NCBI GenBank assembly: GCA_043816765.1
Contig: JBDRHN010000058.1
Location: 1-50,836, forward strand
Direction of reading: 5' to 3'
DNA length: 50,836 nucleotides
Origin: a bacterium
GTDB lineage: Bacteria > Patescibacteriota > Patescibacteriia > JBDRHN01
In this document: positions 38,604 through 49,667 of the stretch, piece by piece
Layout: every line of letters begins with the position of its first letter
Numbering within the stretch: the stretch's first letter is position 1
Translations under genes and position numbers: made by a program
Notes under the pieces: model-generated
Seen by the model: only the letters and a program-made list of their open reading frames with translations
Told to the model about the DNA's origin: nothing
The model's database searches: none

Positions 38604-39755
38604 TCACTCTACTCTAAATATTTTACAATCCACAAGATACGGCGAATTAAAAGCGGTCATTTCCCCGGCTTTTTTATTAGGAACAGGAAATAATCTTGCA
38701 GATAGCGGTTTGTTGAGTTTTATGGCTAGTGATGCCATATCTAATAATATTGCTTCTATTTTTTCAATAGATACATCCCCTGGTATTGGAACTGTATCTA
38801 AACCGCAACCGCAAACTGCTGAATATAGCAATAAATTTGTTATATTGTATGTTTCTTCATTGGCTCTTATTGCCAGCCCGCTATCTTCGCAAACCGGCAA
38901 CATAAGACCGGAGTAACCGCATGTTTTAACAGATAAATTTTTTAAAACAGTTGTAATTATAGAGGAAATTGCCAACGTTCCTTGGTTTCCAAATTTGCCA
39001 AAACCTAATTTTTCATAAGCAAAAGCGATACTTTCATCAGGATTAAGAGATGTGGCCAGCGAGGAATCAATGCCTGCGTATTCAATATTAAATTCATCTG
39101 AAATTTGTTGCGCCAAATCAGCAATCTTTTTTAATTCTGATTCAAATATCTCTTTTAGATTTTTTTCAGCTTCATGCAAATTGTCTGATCTAGAAAATGC
39201 TCTCATTGCTAAATCTCCACATTCAAGTCCAATAGCAAATGTTGTTTTATCGCCTTGATGATAGCTTGCTGGAAAAAACGGAATTCCTGATTGGCAATTA
39301 GACCAAGCGCAAAATCTAAAATTTCCATAACCATTTTCTGTTGCTTCTGAAATTTGCTTAATTATTTTTGCTGATATTTTTACGTTTTTAAAATTTATTC
39401 CAGTTTTAAAATCACCGATTTTCCCCGAACAATAAATAATTGCTGTATTTTTAATAATTTCTGGAATTAACAATAACTTTTCTTCTGATTCTGTATATCC
39501 AATATTAAAAAAACCAACATCAAGACTTTGGCAAATTTTTTCTATCTCCTTAATTTTATTCACAATTTCTATATTTGATAAATTCCCCGCATATTCTTCC
39601 CATGGGTTTGTAGCTATTCTGGTTGTTTGAACCTCATAACCAGCCTCATTGAAAACAGCTTTTGCTTTTTTGTTAAATTCAGCTATTTGTTTAATTTTCT
39701 CCGCATCTTTGACAGATTGCAAAGATATGCCGGTTGTAATTGTTCTGATTTTCAT
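38604..39755 (-). CDS. DUF711 (PFL-like/UPF0210) family protein
   Basis: MKIRTIT, QTTRI, GYSGLMLPV, SAVCGCGLDTVPIPG, KPLSARL. Confidence 0.88.
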   Translation of the reverse strand: MKIRTITTGISLQSVKDAEKIKQIAEFNKKAKAVFNEAGYEVQTTRIATNPWEEYAGNLSNIEIVNKIKEIEKICQSLDVGFFNIGYTESEEKLLLIPEIIKNTAIIYCSGKIGDFKTGINFKNVKISAKIIKQISEATENGYGNFRFCAWSNCQSGIPFFPASYHQGDKTTFAIGLECGDLAMRAFSRSDNLHEAEKNLKEIFESELKKIADLAQQISDEFNIEYAGIDSSLATSLNPDESIAFAYEKLGFGKFGNQGTLAISSIITTVLKNLSVKTCGYSGLMLPVCEDSGLAIRANEETYNITNLLLYSAVCGCGLDTVPIPGDVSIEKIEAILLDMASLAIKLNKPLSARLFPVPNKKAGEMTAFNSPYLVDCKIFRVE

Positions 39756-39873
39756 GATATTAAATGCGCATTAATAAAAAATTTAAACAATTTTTTAATG
39801 CTTTTATTTTACTTTAAAAAAATATTTTAAACAAGAAAATAAAAATTAACGACAAAATACTAAAGTTGTAATT

Positions 39874-41067
39874 TTATAAATACTTCCTAGGATCAACAAT
39901 CTTTCCTTCCAACGCCGACGCGGCGGCGACAAGCGGGGATGCCAGATAAACTTCTGATTCTGTATGCCCCATTCGCCCGACAAAATTTCTGTTGGTTGTT
40001 GAGATGCACTTTTCACCTTTGGCTAAAATTCCCATGTGTCCGCCAAGGCATGGTCCGCAGGTCGGGGTGGAAACGACGCATTCTGAATCCATAAAAATTT
40101 CTATCAATCCGTCGCGCAAACATTTTTTATAAATATCAGTTGTTGCCGGAATTACGATTGTTCTGCATTTTACTTTTTTACCTTTTAATATTTTCGCGGC
40201 CTGCTGTAAATCAGAATATCTGCCGTTTGTGCATGAGCCTATAAACGTTTGATCTATTATAATATTATCTTTTTCCGCTTCGCTGATGCTTTTTCCGTTT
40301 GAAGGCAGGTGCGGATACGCCACCATTGGCTCTAGGTCTGTTATATTAAAATTATAAACTTTTTCGTAATCACAACCTTCGTCTGAATACCAATCTTCCG
40401 TTTCTATAATTCCATTTTTCGCTCCAGCTTCAATCGCCATATTGCAGATGGTAAGTTTTTCTTCGTCGCTCATTTTTTTAATCACCTCTCCGCCGAACTC
40501 CATCGCTTTGTATTGCGCGCCGTCAACTCCAATTTTTTTTATAATATATAAAATAACATCTTTGGCGGTAACTCCTTTTTGCAATTCGCCTGTGATATTA
40601 AATCTTAAAGTGGGCGGAACTTTAAACCATAATTTTCCGGTGGCGATCACATGCGCGCAATCTGTTGAACCTATGCCTGTTGAAAAACATCCCAGCGCTC
40701 CGTATGTGCACGTGTGGGAATCAGCGCCAACTATTACCATTCCCTGTTTGACGTGTCCTTGTTCGGGCAAAATCGCGTGGCATACTCCATGACAGCCGAG
40801 TTTGTAATAGTGCTTAATATTATTTTTGAGCGCCCAGTCGTTAAGTTCTTTCGCGTTTTGCGCGCTTTTAATATCTTTATTGGGAACAAAATGGTCTGGC
40901 GTCACTACGATTTTATCAGGATTCCAAACTTTATTTATATTTTTCTTTTTTAACATTTCAATGGCGGGCGGAGTTGTAACATCGTGGCACATTAATAAAT
41001 CAATTTCTCTTTCAACGATATTGCCAACCACGTCGCCTAAAATTTTTTCTGTAATTGTTTTTTTCAT
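39874..41067 (-). CDS. leuC: 3-isopropylmalate dehydratase large subunit (archaeal-like type)
   Basis: GADSHTCT, IGSCTNGR, CGPCLG, TNRNFVGRMG; ATG at 41067. Confidence 0.92.
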   Translation of the reverse strand: MKKTITEKILGDVVGNIVEREIDLLMCHDVTTPPAIEMLKKKNINKVWNPDKIVVTPDHFVPNKDIKSAQNAKELNDWALKNNIKHYYKLGCHGVCHAILPEQGHVKQGMVIVGADSHTCTYGALGCFSTGIGSTDCAHVIATGKLWFKVPPTLRFNITGELQKGVTAKDVILYIIKKIGVDGAQYKAMEFGGEVIKKMSDEEKLTICNMAIEAGAKNGIIETEDWYSDEGCDYEKVYNFNITDLEPMVAYPHLPSNGKSISEAEKDNIIIDQTFIGSCTNGRYSDLQQAAKILKGKKVKCRTIVIPATTDIYKKCLRDGLIEIFMDSECVVSTPTCGPCLGGHMGILAKGEKCISTTNRNFVGRMGHTESEVYLASPLVAAASALEGKIVDPRKYL

Positions 41068-41090
41068 ATTGTTTTCTTGATTTTTTGACG

Positions 41091-41558
41091 TTAAAGATAC
41101 TTTATGTAAAATTCCGCTTTGCATCTGTCGGGATAACGTTCGCAATTTATACAATCATTGTTAATTTTTTGCGTAAGCTCTTCTTTTGTTCCTTTTACAA
41201 AACCGACTTCTTCAAAAAATCCCGGCGTATAAGTTAAAGAGATAACTCGAGGTATTCCGTATGATTTGGTCTCATCAAGCAATTGTTTGATTATCTTGCT
41301 TCCAATGTTTTTTCGTCTGTACTCCGGCGCCACGACAAAACAATTTATTTCCGCTAAATTTTCACTGTGAATTCTCAACGCTCCGCCGGCAACCACCTTT
41401 CCTTCATCTCGCACGACATAAATCTCCCTTATTCTCATATAAAGTTCTTTTAATGACCTCGTTTTTATCGTTCCGTTTTCAATGCTTTCATAATTAATCA
41501 GCGCTCGAATTTTTGGAATATCGTTGAGTTTTGCTTTTTGTATTTCTAATTTGGACAT
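41091..41558 (-). CDS. GNAT acetyltransferase, short ArgA-like
   Basis: LAEI..FVVAPEYRRKNIG, FFEEVGF, C-terminal CINC...C. Confidence 0.8.
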   Translation of the reverse strand: MSKLEIQKAKLNDIPKIRALINYESIENGTIKTRSLKELYMRIREIYVVRDEGKVVAGGALRIHSENLAEINCFVVAPEYRRKNIGSKIIKQLLDETKSYGIPRVISLTYTPGFFEEVGFVKGTKEELTQKINNDCINCERYPDRCKAEFYIKYL

Positions 41559-41862
41559 AAATTAGTTCAAAGTTATAAAGTTTGCAATTTACTTTTCAGC
41601 GCAAAATAAAACAAGACCATCAGAAAAATATTAAAAACAATAAAAATAAATAACGTTATATTTATTTTAGAAAAAATTTTTTTTCTTTTGCTCAGGGTTG
41701 CTTTTTTATTTGTGTTTGTGTCTGAATTTTGTATTTGGTTTTGCATATTTTTAGCATCTCAATACATAAAATACTGTCAAGTCCCCACTTTTCTAAACCG
41801 CTAAATCAGCTTTTTAAGGAAAATTGTTTTTTAAAATATTTAAAACTTTAATTTGAAGGGTA

Positions 41863-42405
41863 TCAAACTTTAATGTCATTGTATGGTTGTTGTAGAGACG
41901 CATTGCAATGCGTCTCTACACCGCGATAACGGCGCGCGATAACGGCTATTTCTTGAATTTGTTCATCCGTCCACATATTATGCGCCGCATCAATTCTTGT
42001 AAAAATATCTTGCGCGTTTATAAAAAGAATTTTGTTTTTTCTGTCGTCCGTTGCTGTTGTTTCCGTTGCTGTTGTAGAGACACGCCATTGGCGTGTCTCT
42101 ACGGTGGCGGCGGCGACAGATGTTTTCCGTTTATCAAAAAACCATAATGTGCAAGAAAGCGCTACGTTCATAAACATATTTGTTCCAACCGAAATTATAA
42201 TATCAACCACCCCCGCCTCAATCATTTTTTTACGGATTTCTTTTTCAGCGTTTCCAACGTCGCTGGATGCGTTAGACATAACAAACCCGGCGCGGCCTTG
42301 CGGATTAAGCGCGCTTAAAAACATCTGCATCCAAAGATAATTGGCGTTTGAGATTTCATTTTTGCCAGTAATCGGCAGTCAGAGATAATAACGCGGATCA
42401 TCATT
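41863..42405 (-). pseudogene. Fragment of a type I R-M N6-methyltransferase (HsdM-like) with two in-frame REPs
   Basis: DPRYYL*LPITGKNEISNANYLWM...GRAGFVM...EKEIRKK; internal stop, both ends missing; family-C palindromes at 41891-41920 and 42074-42102. Confidence 0.8.
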
Positions 42406-42556
42406 ACAATCACACGACTCATCGCAAAACCCGTCATACTCTCCGCAATCGCACAAAGGGTCATGATATAGCAGGCTCGCGCAAATTTTTACCTTCCACC
42501 CCCTAGCCCATCCAAGGATGGGAATTAAAGGTAGAACAAATTAAATTCGTTTGGTA

Positions 42557-43195
42557 TTATTCCCCGTGCCGTTTGCCGCTATGCCACTCAAACATGTCTT
42601 TTCTAATTTTTGCCATTCTGCCGTCTGGGTGATAAAAAACCAAACCCTCGGCTTGGACCTCTGGCAATTTCATTTTTTGGTTAAAAAGACTTGGCATATT
42701 TTTAAACCACTCGCTTATAGCTTCAAAAGTTTTTGGATATTTATTCGCTTCCCAAGTATGCCATTTGCAGTGATCGCGCAAATAATTGAGCGGCACCCAT
42801 AAATGACCCCGCATTTTATGCGGGTTGCCGTTTATAATCTCGCCAACCAATTCTCCGTAATGATACCCGTCTGCAAAATCTTTAAGCCAATCTTTTTGAA
42901 TCGCCTTTGCCAGCCCCTCCAAACAAGCCCCCTCCCATTTTGTCTGCTTTTTTACCGTAAAAATATTTTTCAAATTTTTACGGTTTGTTATCTGAGAAAT
43001 ATTTCCATTTTCAATATAAACACAAACATTCGTGCCGTCTATTTTATCCGTCGCCCTTACGCCGTCATCCTCAAAAACCCACCTATAATCTTCATCTATT
43101 TCCGGAGTTATAACATATCTGTCTTTGACCATTTTTCTCTTAAACGGACATTCCAGTTTCGGAAAATCTTTAATTGGAATGTTTTTTAAAATCAT
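42557..43195 (-). CDS. RNA ligase family (ATP-dependent nucleotidyltransferase)
   Basis: KIDGTN (KxDG), YGEL, EGLVF, AKIR. Confidence 0.78.
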   Translation of the reverse strand: MILKNIPIKDFPKLECPFKRKMVKDRYVITPEIDEDYRWVFEDDGVRATDKIDGTNVCVYIENGNISQITNRKNLKNIFTVKKQTKWEGACLEGLAKAIQKDWLKDFADGYHYGELVGEIINGNPHKMRGHLWVPLNYLRDHCKWHTWEANKYPKTFEAISEWFKNMPSLFNQKMKLPEVQAEGLVFYHPDGRMAKIRKDMFEWHSGKRHGE

Positions 43196-43216
43196 ATTTT
43201 TAAATATTCTTTTGTG

Positions 43217-43822
43217 TTATATCACATCCAGCCCGCTCAGCTCTTCTCTTTGAATATTTTTATAAAGCAAATTCCTCTTCAGGGCGGGCTTTCCGTTGTG
43301 TTCTACAACATAATAAGCAAACCCCCGCATTTGCTTTACAAGTTTATAATCGGCATGGCCAGGCAGGCTTGTTGGATCTTTTTCTTCAAAATCAACAGGG
43401 CTGTCGTCTGCTGTTGCAAAATATGTCTTTCCTGTATTTGCAACCAAGTGTCCATACCCAGAAGGGATGAATAATTTTTCCCCCATAACAGCAGGAACGG
43501 CTTTAAACTCTTCTACCTCATCGGCAATCATATTTCCTTTATCATCAACCGCCAACTTCTGAAGCAATACCATGCCTTGGCCATAAACAAACCAATAGGT
43601 TTCGTCTAGTTTGCCTACGTGATAATGTCCATAAGTTTTAATATACTCTCCGCTCACAACGCCAGGCTCCCAAACGGTAATATTTTTTTGATCAGTTCCG
43701 CCCCTAACCAAATGATAATGAATAGCAGGACCAACTCCGTTTGGATCCATTAAAACTTCTTTCATTTTCTCGTGCGTTCTTGCGGCATAATGCTTAGAGA
43801 CGTTTGTAAAATCAATATTCAT
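43217..43822 (-). CDS. Cupin-type (archaeal) glucose-6-phosphate isomerase
   Basis: EYIKTYGHYH, ETY, IPSGYGH, GFAYY. Confidence 0.85.
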   Translation of the reverse strand: MNIDFTNVSKHYAARTHEKMKEVLMDPNGVGPAIHYHLVRGGTDQKNITVWEPGVVSGEYIKTYGHYHVGKLDETYWFVYGQGMVLLQKLAVDDKGNMIADEVEEFKAVPAVMGEKLFIPSGYGHLVANTGKTYFATADDSPVDFEEKDPTSLPGHADYKLVKQMRGFAYYVVEHNGKPALKRNLLYKNIQREELSGLDVI

Positions 43823-43891
43823 AATGTTATAAAATTAAATTTAAATTACTCTTAGAATTTTAATTGATTATCAACTTGATTGAATACAACA

Positions 43892-45646
43892 TTAAGCCAA
43901 GCCCTTGCTCGCAATCTCTTCTTCTAATTTTTCTATAAATTTTTCAATTTCCAGCTCCCCAATATCCCCTTCTTTCCTATGCCTTGGCCTTACTTTGTTT
44001 GCCGTCTGCTCTTTTTCTCCGACAACAACCATATAAGGAATTTTTTGCATCTCTGACTCTCTAATTTTTTTACCCAAAGATTCGCTTCGTCCGTCAACTT
44101 CAACTCTGATATTTTTCTCTCGCAACTTGGCAACGATACTATTCGCGTAATCAATAAACTTATCGGAAACAGGCAAAATCTTTACCTGAACAGGCGAAAG
44201 CCAAAGAGGAAAAGCGCCTGTGTAATGTTCAATTAAAACTCCAGTAAATCTCTCAACAGAACCAAGTAGCGCCCGATGCAACATAAAAGGACGTTTTTTT
44301 TCACTATTACTATCAATATAATTCATATCAAACTTTTCAGGCAAATTAAAATCAACTTGCAGTGTAGAAATTTGCCACTCACGACCAATAGCATCAGTAA
44401 CCTTAACATCAATTTTTGGTCCATAAAAAACCGCCTCACCCTCTTCTTTTACATAAGACCAACCAATTTCATCTAACGACTTAATTAAAGACCCCTCCGC
44501 CAAATTCCACTCCTCATCAGTTCCCAAATATTTTGTTTTATTTTTAGAATCGCGAACACTTAGAGCAACCCTAAAGTTTTCAAACCCAAAAGTTGTAAGA
44601 ACATAATTCATTAAATCCAATGCTCCTGATAATTCACTTTGCAATTGATCCTGTGAGCAAATAATATGCGCGTCATCTTGTGTAAAACCGCGAACACGAG
44701 TAAGTCCGTGCAAAGTCCCAGAACGTTCATATCTATAAACTGTCCCTAATTCAGTATAACGAATAGGTAAATCTCTATAACTATGAGATTCGTGTTTGTA
44801 AATTTTTACATGCATGGGGCAGTTCATCGGTTTCAAATAATACATCTCATCCTCAATCTCAAGCGGAGAATACATCCCGTCTTTGTAAAAATCCAAATGA
44901 CCTGAAATATTAAACAATTTTTCTGAACCAATGTGCGGGGTATATACTTGTTGATACCCTCTTTTAATATACTCATTTAGAACAAAGTTCTCAATTTCAC
45001 GACGCAAAATAGCGCCTTTCGGCAACCACAAAGGAAGACCTTGTCCGACTTCTTCGTCCAACATAAACAGTCCCAACTCTTGCCCAAGCTTTCTATGATC
45101 CCTCTTCTCCGCCTCTTTCAACATTTCTAAATATTTATCCATCTTTTCTTTGCTTTCAAAAGCAACGCCATAAATTCTCTGAAGCATTTTATTTTTTTCA
45201 TCACCCTTCCAATAAGCGCCGGCTAATTTTGTTAATTTAAAAGCGTCAGGATTTAACTCTCCGGTTGAAGCAATATGCGGACCCTTGCACATATTTATAA
45301 AATCTCCCTGTTCGTAAAAACTAACTTCAGTTTCTCCTTGCGCCTTCAAATCTTCAGCAAGCTCAGCTGTATAAACATAATTTTTATCTTTGAGAAATTT
45401 TATACCCTCATCAATCGGCATGACTTTTTTCTTAATTTCCAAATTTTCTTTTATAATCTTATTCATCTCGCTTTCAATTTTTGGAAAATCTTCAAGCGTG
45501 ATTTGATATTCAGCATCAATATCATGATAAAATCCGTTTTCAATGGCAGGACCGACACCTGGCACCGCCCCATAAAGACGCGTTAAAGCCTGCATCAAAA
45601 CATGAGATGCTGAATGCCGAATTATTTCTAATTTTTCATTGTTCAT
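43892..45646 (-). CDS. thrS: Threonyl-tRNA synthetase
   Basis: RHSASH, RDHRKLG, KPMNCP, RVRGFTQDDAH, HRALLGSVERF. Confidence 0.99.
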   Translation of the reverse strand: MNNEKLEIIRHSASHVLMQALTRLYGAVPGVGPAIENGFYHDIDAEYQITLEDFPKIESEMNKIIKENLEIKKKVMPIDEGIKFLKDKNYVYTAELAEDLKAQGETEVSFYEQGDFINMCKGPHIASTGELNPDAFKLTKLAGAYWKGDEKNKMLQRIYGVAFESKEKMDKYLEMLKEAEKRDHRKLGQELGLFMLDEEVGQGLPLWLPKGAILRREIENFVLNEYIKRGYQQVYTPHIGSEKLFNISGHLDFYKDGMYSPLEIEDEMYYLKPMNCPMHVKIYKHESHSYRDLPIRYTELGTVYRYERSGTLHGLTRVRGFTQDDAHIICSQDQLQSELSGALDLMNYVLTTFGFENFRVALSVRDSKNKTKYLGTDEEWNLAEGSLIKSLDEIGWSYVKEEGEAVFYGPKIDVKVTDAIGREWQISTLQVDFNLPEKFDMNYIDSNSEKKRPFMLHRALLGSVERFTGVLIEHYTGAFPLWLSPVQVKILPVSDKFIDYANSIVAKLREKNIRVEVDGRSESLGKKIRESEMQKIPYMVVVGEKEQTANKVRPRHRKEGDIGELEIEKFIEKLEEEIASKGLA

Positions 45647-45821
45647 AAAATATTTAATTTAAATTTTAACTCAATATATAATTTAATCAATAATTAAACA
45701 AATGTCAATTTAAAAAGCTTGGATTCAAGCCTGAACATCATCGCTTTTGTTTTTCATTTTTTTAATCCATCAATACTAGGAGGCTGAATTTTTAACAAAA
45801 ACCTCATGAGCCGTAAGATGA

Positions 45822-46736
45822 TTAAGACGTTTTCTTTGGCGATGATTTGGGTTTTTCTAACTCCTTTTTTATTAATTCAATGCATTTATCCCTTATAAAT
45901 CTAACGCCTTTTTGAGTTAAACTGTATTCTTTCGCTGTTGCCAAACTCCCGTCTTTTATGTACTTTAAAAAAATTTTAAAGTCCCTTTCAGCTTTTTTAA
46001 ATTCTTTCGGTGTATATTTTAATTTCAGTCTGCCTAACGTCTCTTCAATGATAACAGCAATCTTTTCAAACGGGGCGGGTTCTTTGAGCGGGGACTCCGC
46101 CTGTTTGTCTTCAATAAGATCATCAAAATCGCCCAACCAAGGACCTTTTTTTGTGTTAACCAGGATTTCTGTAGATATCGGCTTTTGATCCATCTCCAAA
46201 AGTTCTACAATCTTTTCTTCCGGCAACTCCATTTTTTGAGCAATTTCTTCAATGCTCGGGTGTTTTTTAAACTCCTGAGTTAAAAGATTTGAAGTTTTAT
46301 GTATATTCTTAATCATTTCAGCCTTATCTGGCGGAATGCGTATTGTCCTTGATTGATCGGCCAATGCCCTCTCAATTGACTGATGTATCCACCATGTGGC
46401 GTATGTGCTTAATTTACAACTTCGCTTATGGTCAAATTTATCAACAGCTTTCATTAGCCCAATATTTCCTTCTTGAACCAAATCAAAAAAATCCAAACCG
46501 CAACCCATATACTTTTTAGCAACAACAACCACAAGTCCTTGATTAGCCGTAATCAATTTATCTCTTGCTTCTTTATCGCCTTTTTCAATTTCTTTGGCAA
46601 GGACAATTTCCTGTTCTCTTGATAATGGAGAAATTTTAGAAGTCTCTTTGAATAAAAGTTTTAAACTTTTATCAAGATTTTCTTGGCTAGAATTTTCTCT
46701 ATAATCATTACTGCTTTCAAGACTAAATTTTTCCAT
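45822..46736 (-). CDS. Sigma-70 family factor (RpoD/RpoS-like regions 1.2-3, divergent region 4)
   Basis: DLVQEGNIGLMKAVDKFD, STYATWWI, DQSRTIRIP. Confidence 0.9.
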   Translation of the reverse strand: MEKFSLESSNDYRENSSQENLDKSLKLLFKETSKISPLSREQEIVLAKEIEKGDKEARDKLITANQGLVVVVAKKYMGCGLDFFDLVQEGNIGLMKAVDKFDHKRSCKLSTYATWWIHQSIERALADQSRTIRIPPDKAEMIKNIHKTSNLLTQEFKKHPSIEEIAQKMELPEEKIVELLEMDQKPISTEILVNTKKGPWLGDFDDLIEDKQAESPLKEPAPFEKIAVIIEETLGRLKLKYTPKEFKKAERDFKIFLKYIKDGSLATAKEYSLTQKGVRFIRDKCIELIKKELEKPKSSPKKTS

Positions 46737-46769
46737 AAAAATAAATTAAATCTAACGGCGCATTGGCTC

Positions 46770-46801
46770 GGGTAGGTGCGGCGACGTCGCCGCACCTACC
46801 C
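46770..46801. repeat. 32-bp perfect GTAG-type palindrome
   Basis: gggtaggtgcggcgac|gtcgccgcacctaccc. Confidence 0.9.
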
Positions 46802-46829
46802 TGCAATATTGAAATTCCTCTGCAATAAA

Positions 46830-49667
46830 TTAAAACCTCTCTGCTTTTTTGATGCTTATTTCTCCTCCCGCCCCCAACACAACCACATCGCGGCGATCTA
46901 GCTTGCTTTGCAGTAAATAATTTGCCAAAACGTCATCAACGCGATCTTGCAAAACACGACGTAATGGTCTTGCGCCAAATAAAGGATCAAAGCCTGCGGA
47001 TGCAAATTCTTCCACGGCTTCATTTGTAACCTCAAAATTAATTCCTTTGTCTTCAAGCCTTTTACCGATTTTATTTAATAACAGTTTTGTGATGGCAACA
47101 ACATCAGGCATAGTTAGAGGCTTGAACACAACAATCCCATCAAAACGATTTAAAAACTCAGGTTGGTAGTATCGCTTTAGTTGTTCATTTAACAAAGCGT
47201 TTTTTATATCTTCCGTGCTCCAGCCTTCTTGCGCTTTGTCCTGAATAAACTGCGTGCCGGCATTTGAGGTTGCGATTAAAATAACATTTGTAAAATCTAT
47301 AGTTCTGCCCAAATTATCAGTAAGTCTGCCGTCATCCATAACCTGCAAAAAGACATTTAAAATATCTTTGTGCGCTTTTTCCAACTCGTCTAAAAGCACA
47401 ATGGCATAAGGGCTTTTTCTGACCGCTTCTGTCAGATAACCGCCCTGTTTTGAGCCGGGAGCGCCTACCAAGCGATAAATACTGCTTTGGTCTTGGTATT
47501 CGCTCATGTCAAGACGTATCATATTATTCTCATCTCCAAAATATGCAGCCGCGACAGTTTTTGCCAATTCGGTTTTACCGACACCAGTGGGACCGAGAAA
47601 AAGAAAGTTGGCAATAGGACGTTTTGTGTCGCGCAGTTCCGTTCGCGACCTTCTAAGCGCTTGCGCGACCAGCTTTACCGCCTCATCCTGCCCGATAACC
47701 CTTTGATGAATTTCTTCTTCCAAATTTAACAATTTAACGCTTTCTTGCGCTGAAACTTTTGTCAGAGGAATATTTACTTTCTGTGAAACCACATAAGAAA
47801 CATCATCGGACTTAACAATACTATTTTCTCCTTTTTGGTTTCTGACATAGACAGCAACTTCTTCTATTATATTAATAGCTTTGTCCGGTAAATAACGTTC
47901 AAAAACATAACGTTTGGATAGTTTCACGGCGGCAGACAAGGCGTCGTATGAAAAAAATATTCTATTTTTTCCTTCAAGAAAGCTGGTTTTTGCCTCAAGG
48001 ACTAAAATGGCGTCATTGTCTCCCATTTCGTTTACGAGAATTTTTTGCATCGCTTGCCCCAGCGACTCTTGCTCTATATAAGAACTGAAATTTATAGGGG
48101 TGCTGGTGGCAAAAGTTATGAAAGATCCTTGAGATATAAATTTAGATAAAACATCAGTGAGGTCTATCGTCTGTTCGCCGCCTGAAGAAAGTCCGCTCAT
48201 CTCTTCCACATTGTCAATAAAAAGAACAATGTTTCCGGCGCGGCTTATTTCTGACGCTATGCGCATTAACCTTCCCGAGGCTTCCGCCGGAGACGCGCTA
48301 CTGGTTAAACGCGCGATACTCAAACTAACTAATCTTTTGTCTTGCAAGGGTTGCGGCACATCTTCTGAAACCATCAGTTGAGCAATCCCTTTTACAATAC
48401 TCCCTTTGCCAACCCCCGGAGGGCCGACTAAAATCATCCCTGTTTTCCCTCCTTCAATAAGACGAAAAATTGTTTTAATCTCTTTTTCTCTTCCGACGCA
48501 CAGTTCCAAATATCCGTTTGCGGCGAGCTGAGTGAGGTCGGTGCAAAATTGATTTAAAAACGGAGTGGATACCGCAGTATAAGCGCGATCAATTTTGTTT
48601 TTAGGACGCAGAACGGCTTTGCCTTTAAGACGTTGCGAGATTCTTACAAGCTGTTCGCGCATCCTCAGCCACGAAACTACGTTTGTTACTTTTTGTTCAT
48701 CTATTTCCAGATCATAAAGAATTTCCTTGGATGCATTTCTGAATTTATCTTCTAAAACTTCAGGGTTAATATTATAGGTGTTGTAATTTGCGTCTTTTAC
48801 TAAAACTAAAAGCATTTCACTTGGGGTTATCTGCGGTATCTTGGCATTATAAGCTTCGTTATAGCTTTCAATTAAAGCCAAACGAAGTCCGTTTGTGAAA
48901 ATAACTTTTCCATCTCCTTTTTCTACGGTAGCCAAAGCGTGAGAAATCTTACTTCTCATTTTTTTAAAATCCAAACCAAGCCTTCCGAAAATAACAATGA
49001 TGTCAGAATCCGAAAGTAATGATGCCAAAAGATGAAGCGTGGTAACATTTTTGTGGCCTAAATTCTTTGCCAAATCATAAGCTCCTTCAACGACAGCAAG
49101 AGCGGGTCTGTTGTATACTTTTGAAACATCCACTTTTCTTTCGGGGCGTAAAAGCATTACTTCTTTCCAACTGCTTGCTGTTGGGAAGCTTTTATCTTGA
49201 GCTTTGTTATAACTCTTATATTTAACTAAAAATTTTACTTTTGACTGTATTTCCAAGCGATAATAAATATATAAATCAGAAAGAAGGCTAAGCCAAAAAA
49301 TAAATAAAAACCAGCTTTTTGTCTGCCAAAATTCCAGTGTTATCAAACCCTCCACCCCTGCGTAGTAAATATTTCGTCCCAGCGCGGCAATCCCTAAAAG
49401 TCCAAAAAAGAAAAAAAAGAAATTTACGGCCTGATTAATCACGCGATGTATTTTTTCCTGCCATATCGCGAGTTTGTGGGTTACTTTTCCCCAATACAGA
49501 AAATCCTCATGGCTGTAAATGCCAAGAGCGTAGCCGTCGCAAGCAAGGCACTTTTTATTTTCAAAATATCCAACCCCGCCGCAGTTTTCACAAATAAAAT
49601 ATTCCGCTGCTTGCGCGGGGGCTTGTAATTCTTCTGTTTGATTATATTGTTGCGTATCGTTCTGCAT
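46830..49667 (-). CDS. ClpA/C-family AAA+ ATPase with an N-terminal Zn-finger and two TM helices
   Basis: CENCGG..CLACDG, TM segments, Clp-N region, GPPGVGK, GPTGVGKT, LLDELEKAH, GARPLRR; ATG at 49667. Confidence 0.9.
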   Translation of the reverse strand: MQNDTQQYNQTEELQAPAQAAEYFICENCGGVGYFENKKCLACDGYALGIYSHEDFLYWGKVTHKLAIWQEKIHRVINQAVNFFFFFFGLLGIAALGRNIYYAGVEGLITLEFWQTKSWFLFIFWLSLLSDLYIYYRLEIQSKVKFLVKYKSYNKAQDKSFPTASSWKEVMLLRPERKVDVSKVYNRPALAVVEGAYDLAKNLGHKNVTTLHLLASLLSDSDIIVIFGRLGLDFKKMRSKISHALATVEKGDGKVIFTNGLRLALIESYNEAYNAKIPQITPSEMLLVLVKDANYNTYNINPEVLEDKFRNASKEILYDLEIDEQKVTNVVSWLRMREQLVRISQRLKGKAVLRPKNKIDRAYTAVSTPFLNQFCTDLTQLAANGYLELCVGREKEIKTIFRLIEGGKTGMILVGPPGVGKGSIVKGIAQLMVSEDVPQPLQDKRLVSLSIARLTSSASPAEASGRLMRIASEISRAGNIVLFIDNVEEMSGLSSGGEQTIDLTDVLSKFISQGSFITFATSTPINFSSYIEQESLGQAMQKILVNEMGDNDAILVLEAKTSFLEGKNRIFFSYDALSAAVKLSKRYVFERYLPDKAINIIEEVAVYVRNQKGENSIVKSDDVSYVVSQKVNIPLTKVSAQESVKLLNLEEEIHQRVIGQDEAVKLVAQALRRSRTELRDTKRPIANFLFLGPTGVGKTELAKTVAAAYFGDENNMIRLDMSEYQDQSSIYRLVGAPGSKQGGYLTEAVRKSPYAIVLLDELEKAHKDILNVFLQVMDDGRLTDNLGRTIDFTNVILIATSNAGTQFIQDKAQEGWSTEDIKNALLNEQLKRYYQPEFLNRFDGIVVFKPLTMPDVVAITKLLLNKIGKRLEDKGINFEVTNEAVEEFASAGFDPLFGARPLRRVLQDRVDDVLANYLLQSKLDRRDVVVLGAGGEISIKKAERF

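Noticed and set aside
42378-42382. In-frame TGA suggesting genetic code 25 (UGA=Gly)
   Set aside because: Long genes are open under code 11 and prs, ileS and others end in TGA; this ORF is a truncated pseudogene
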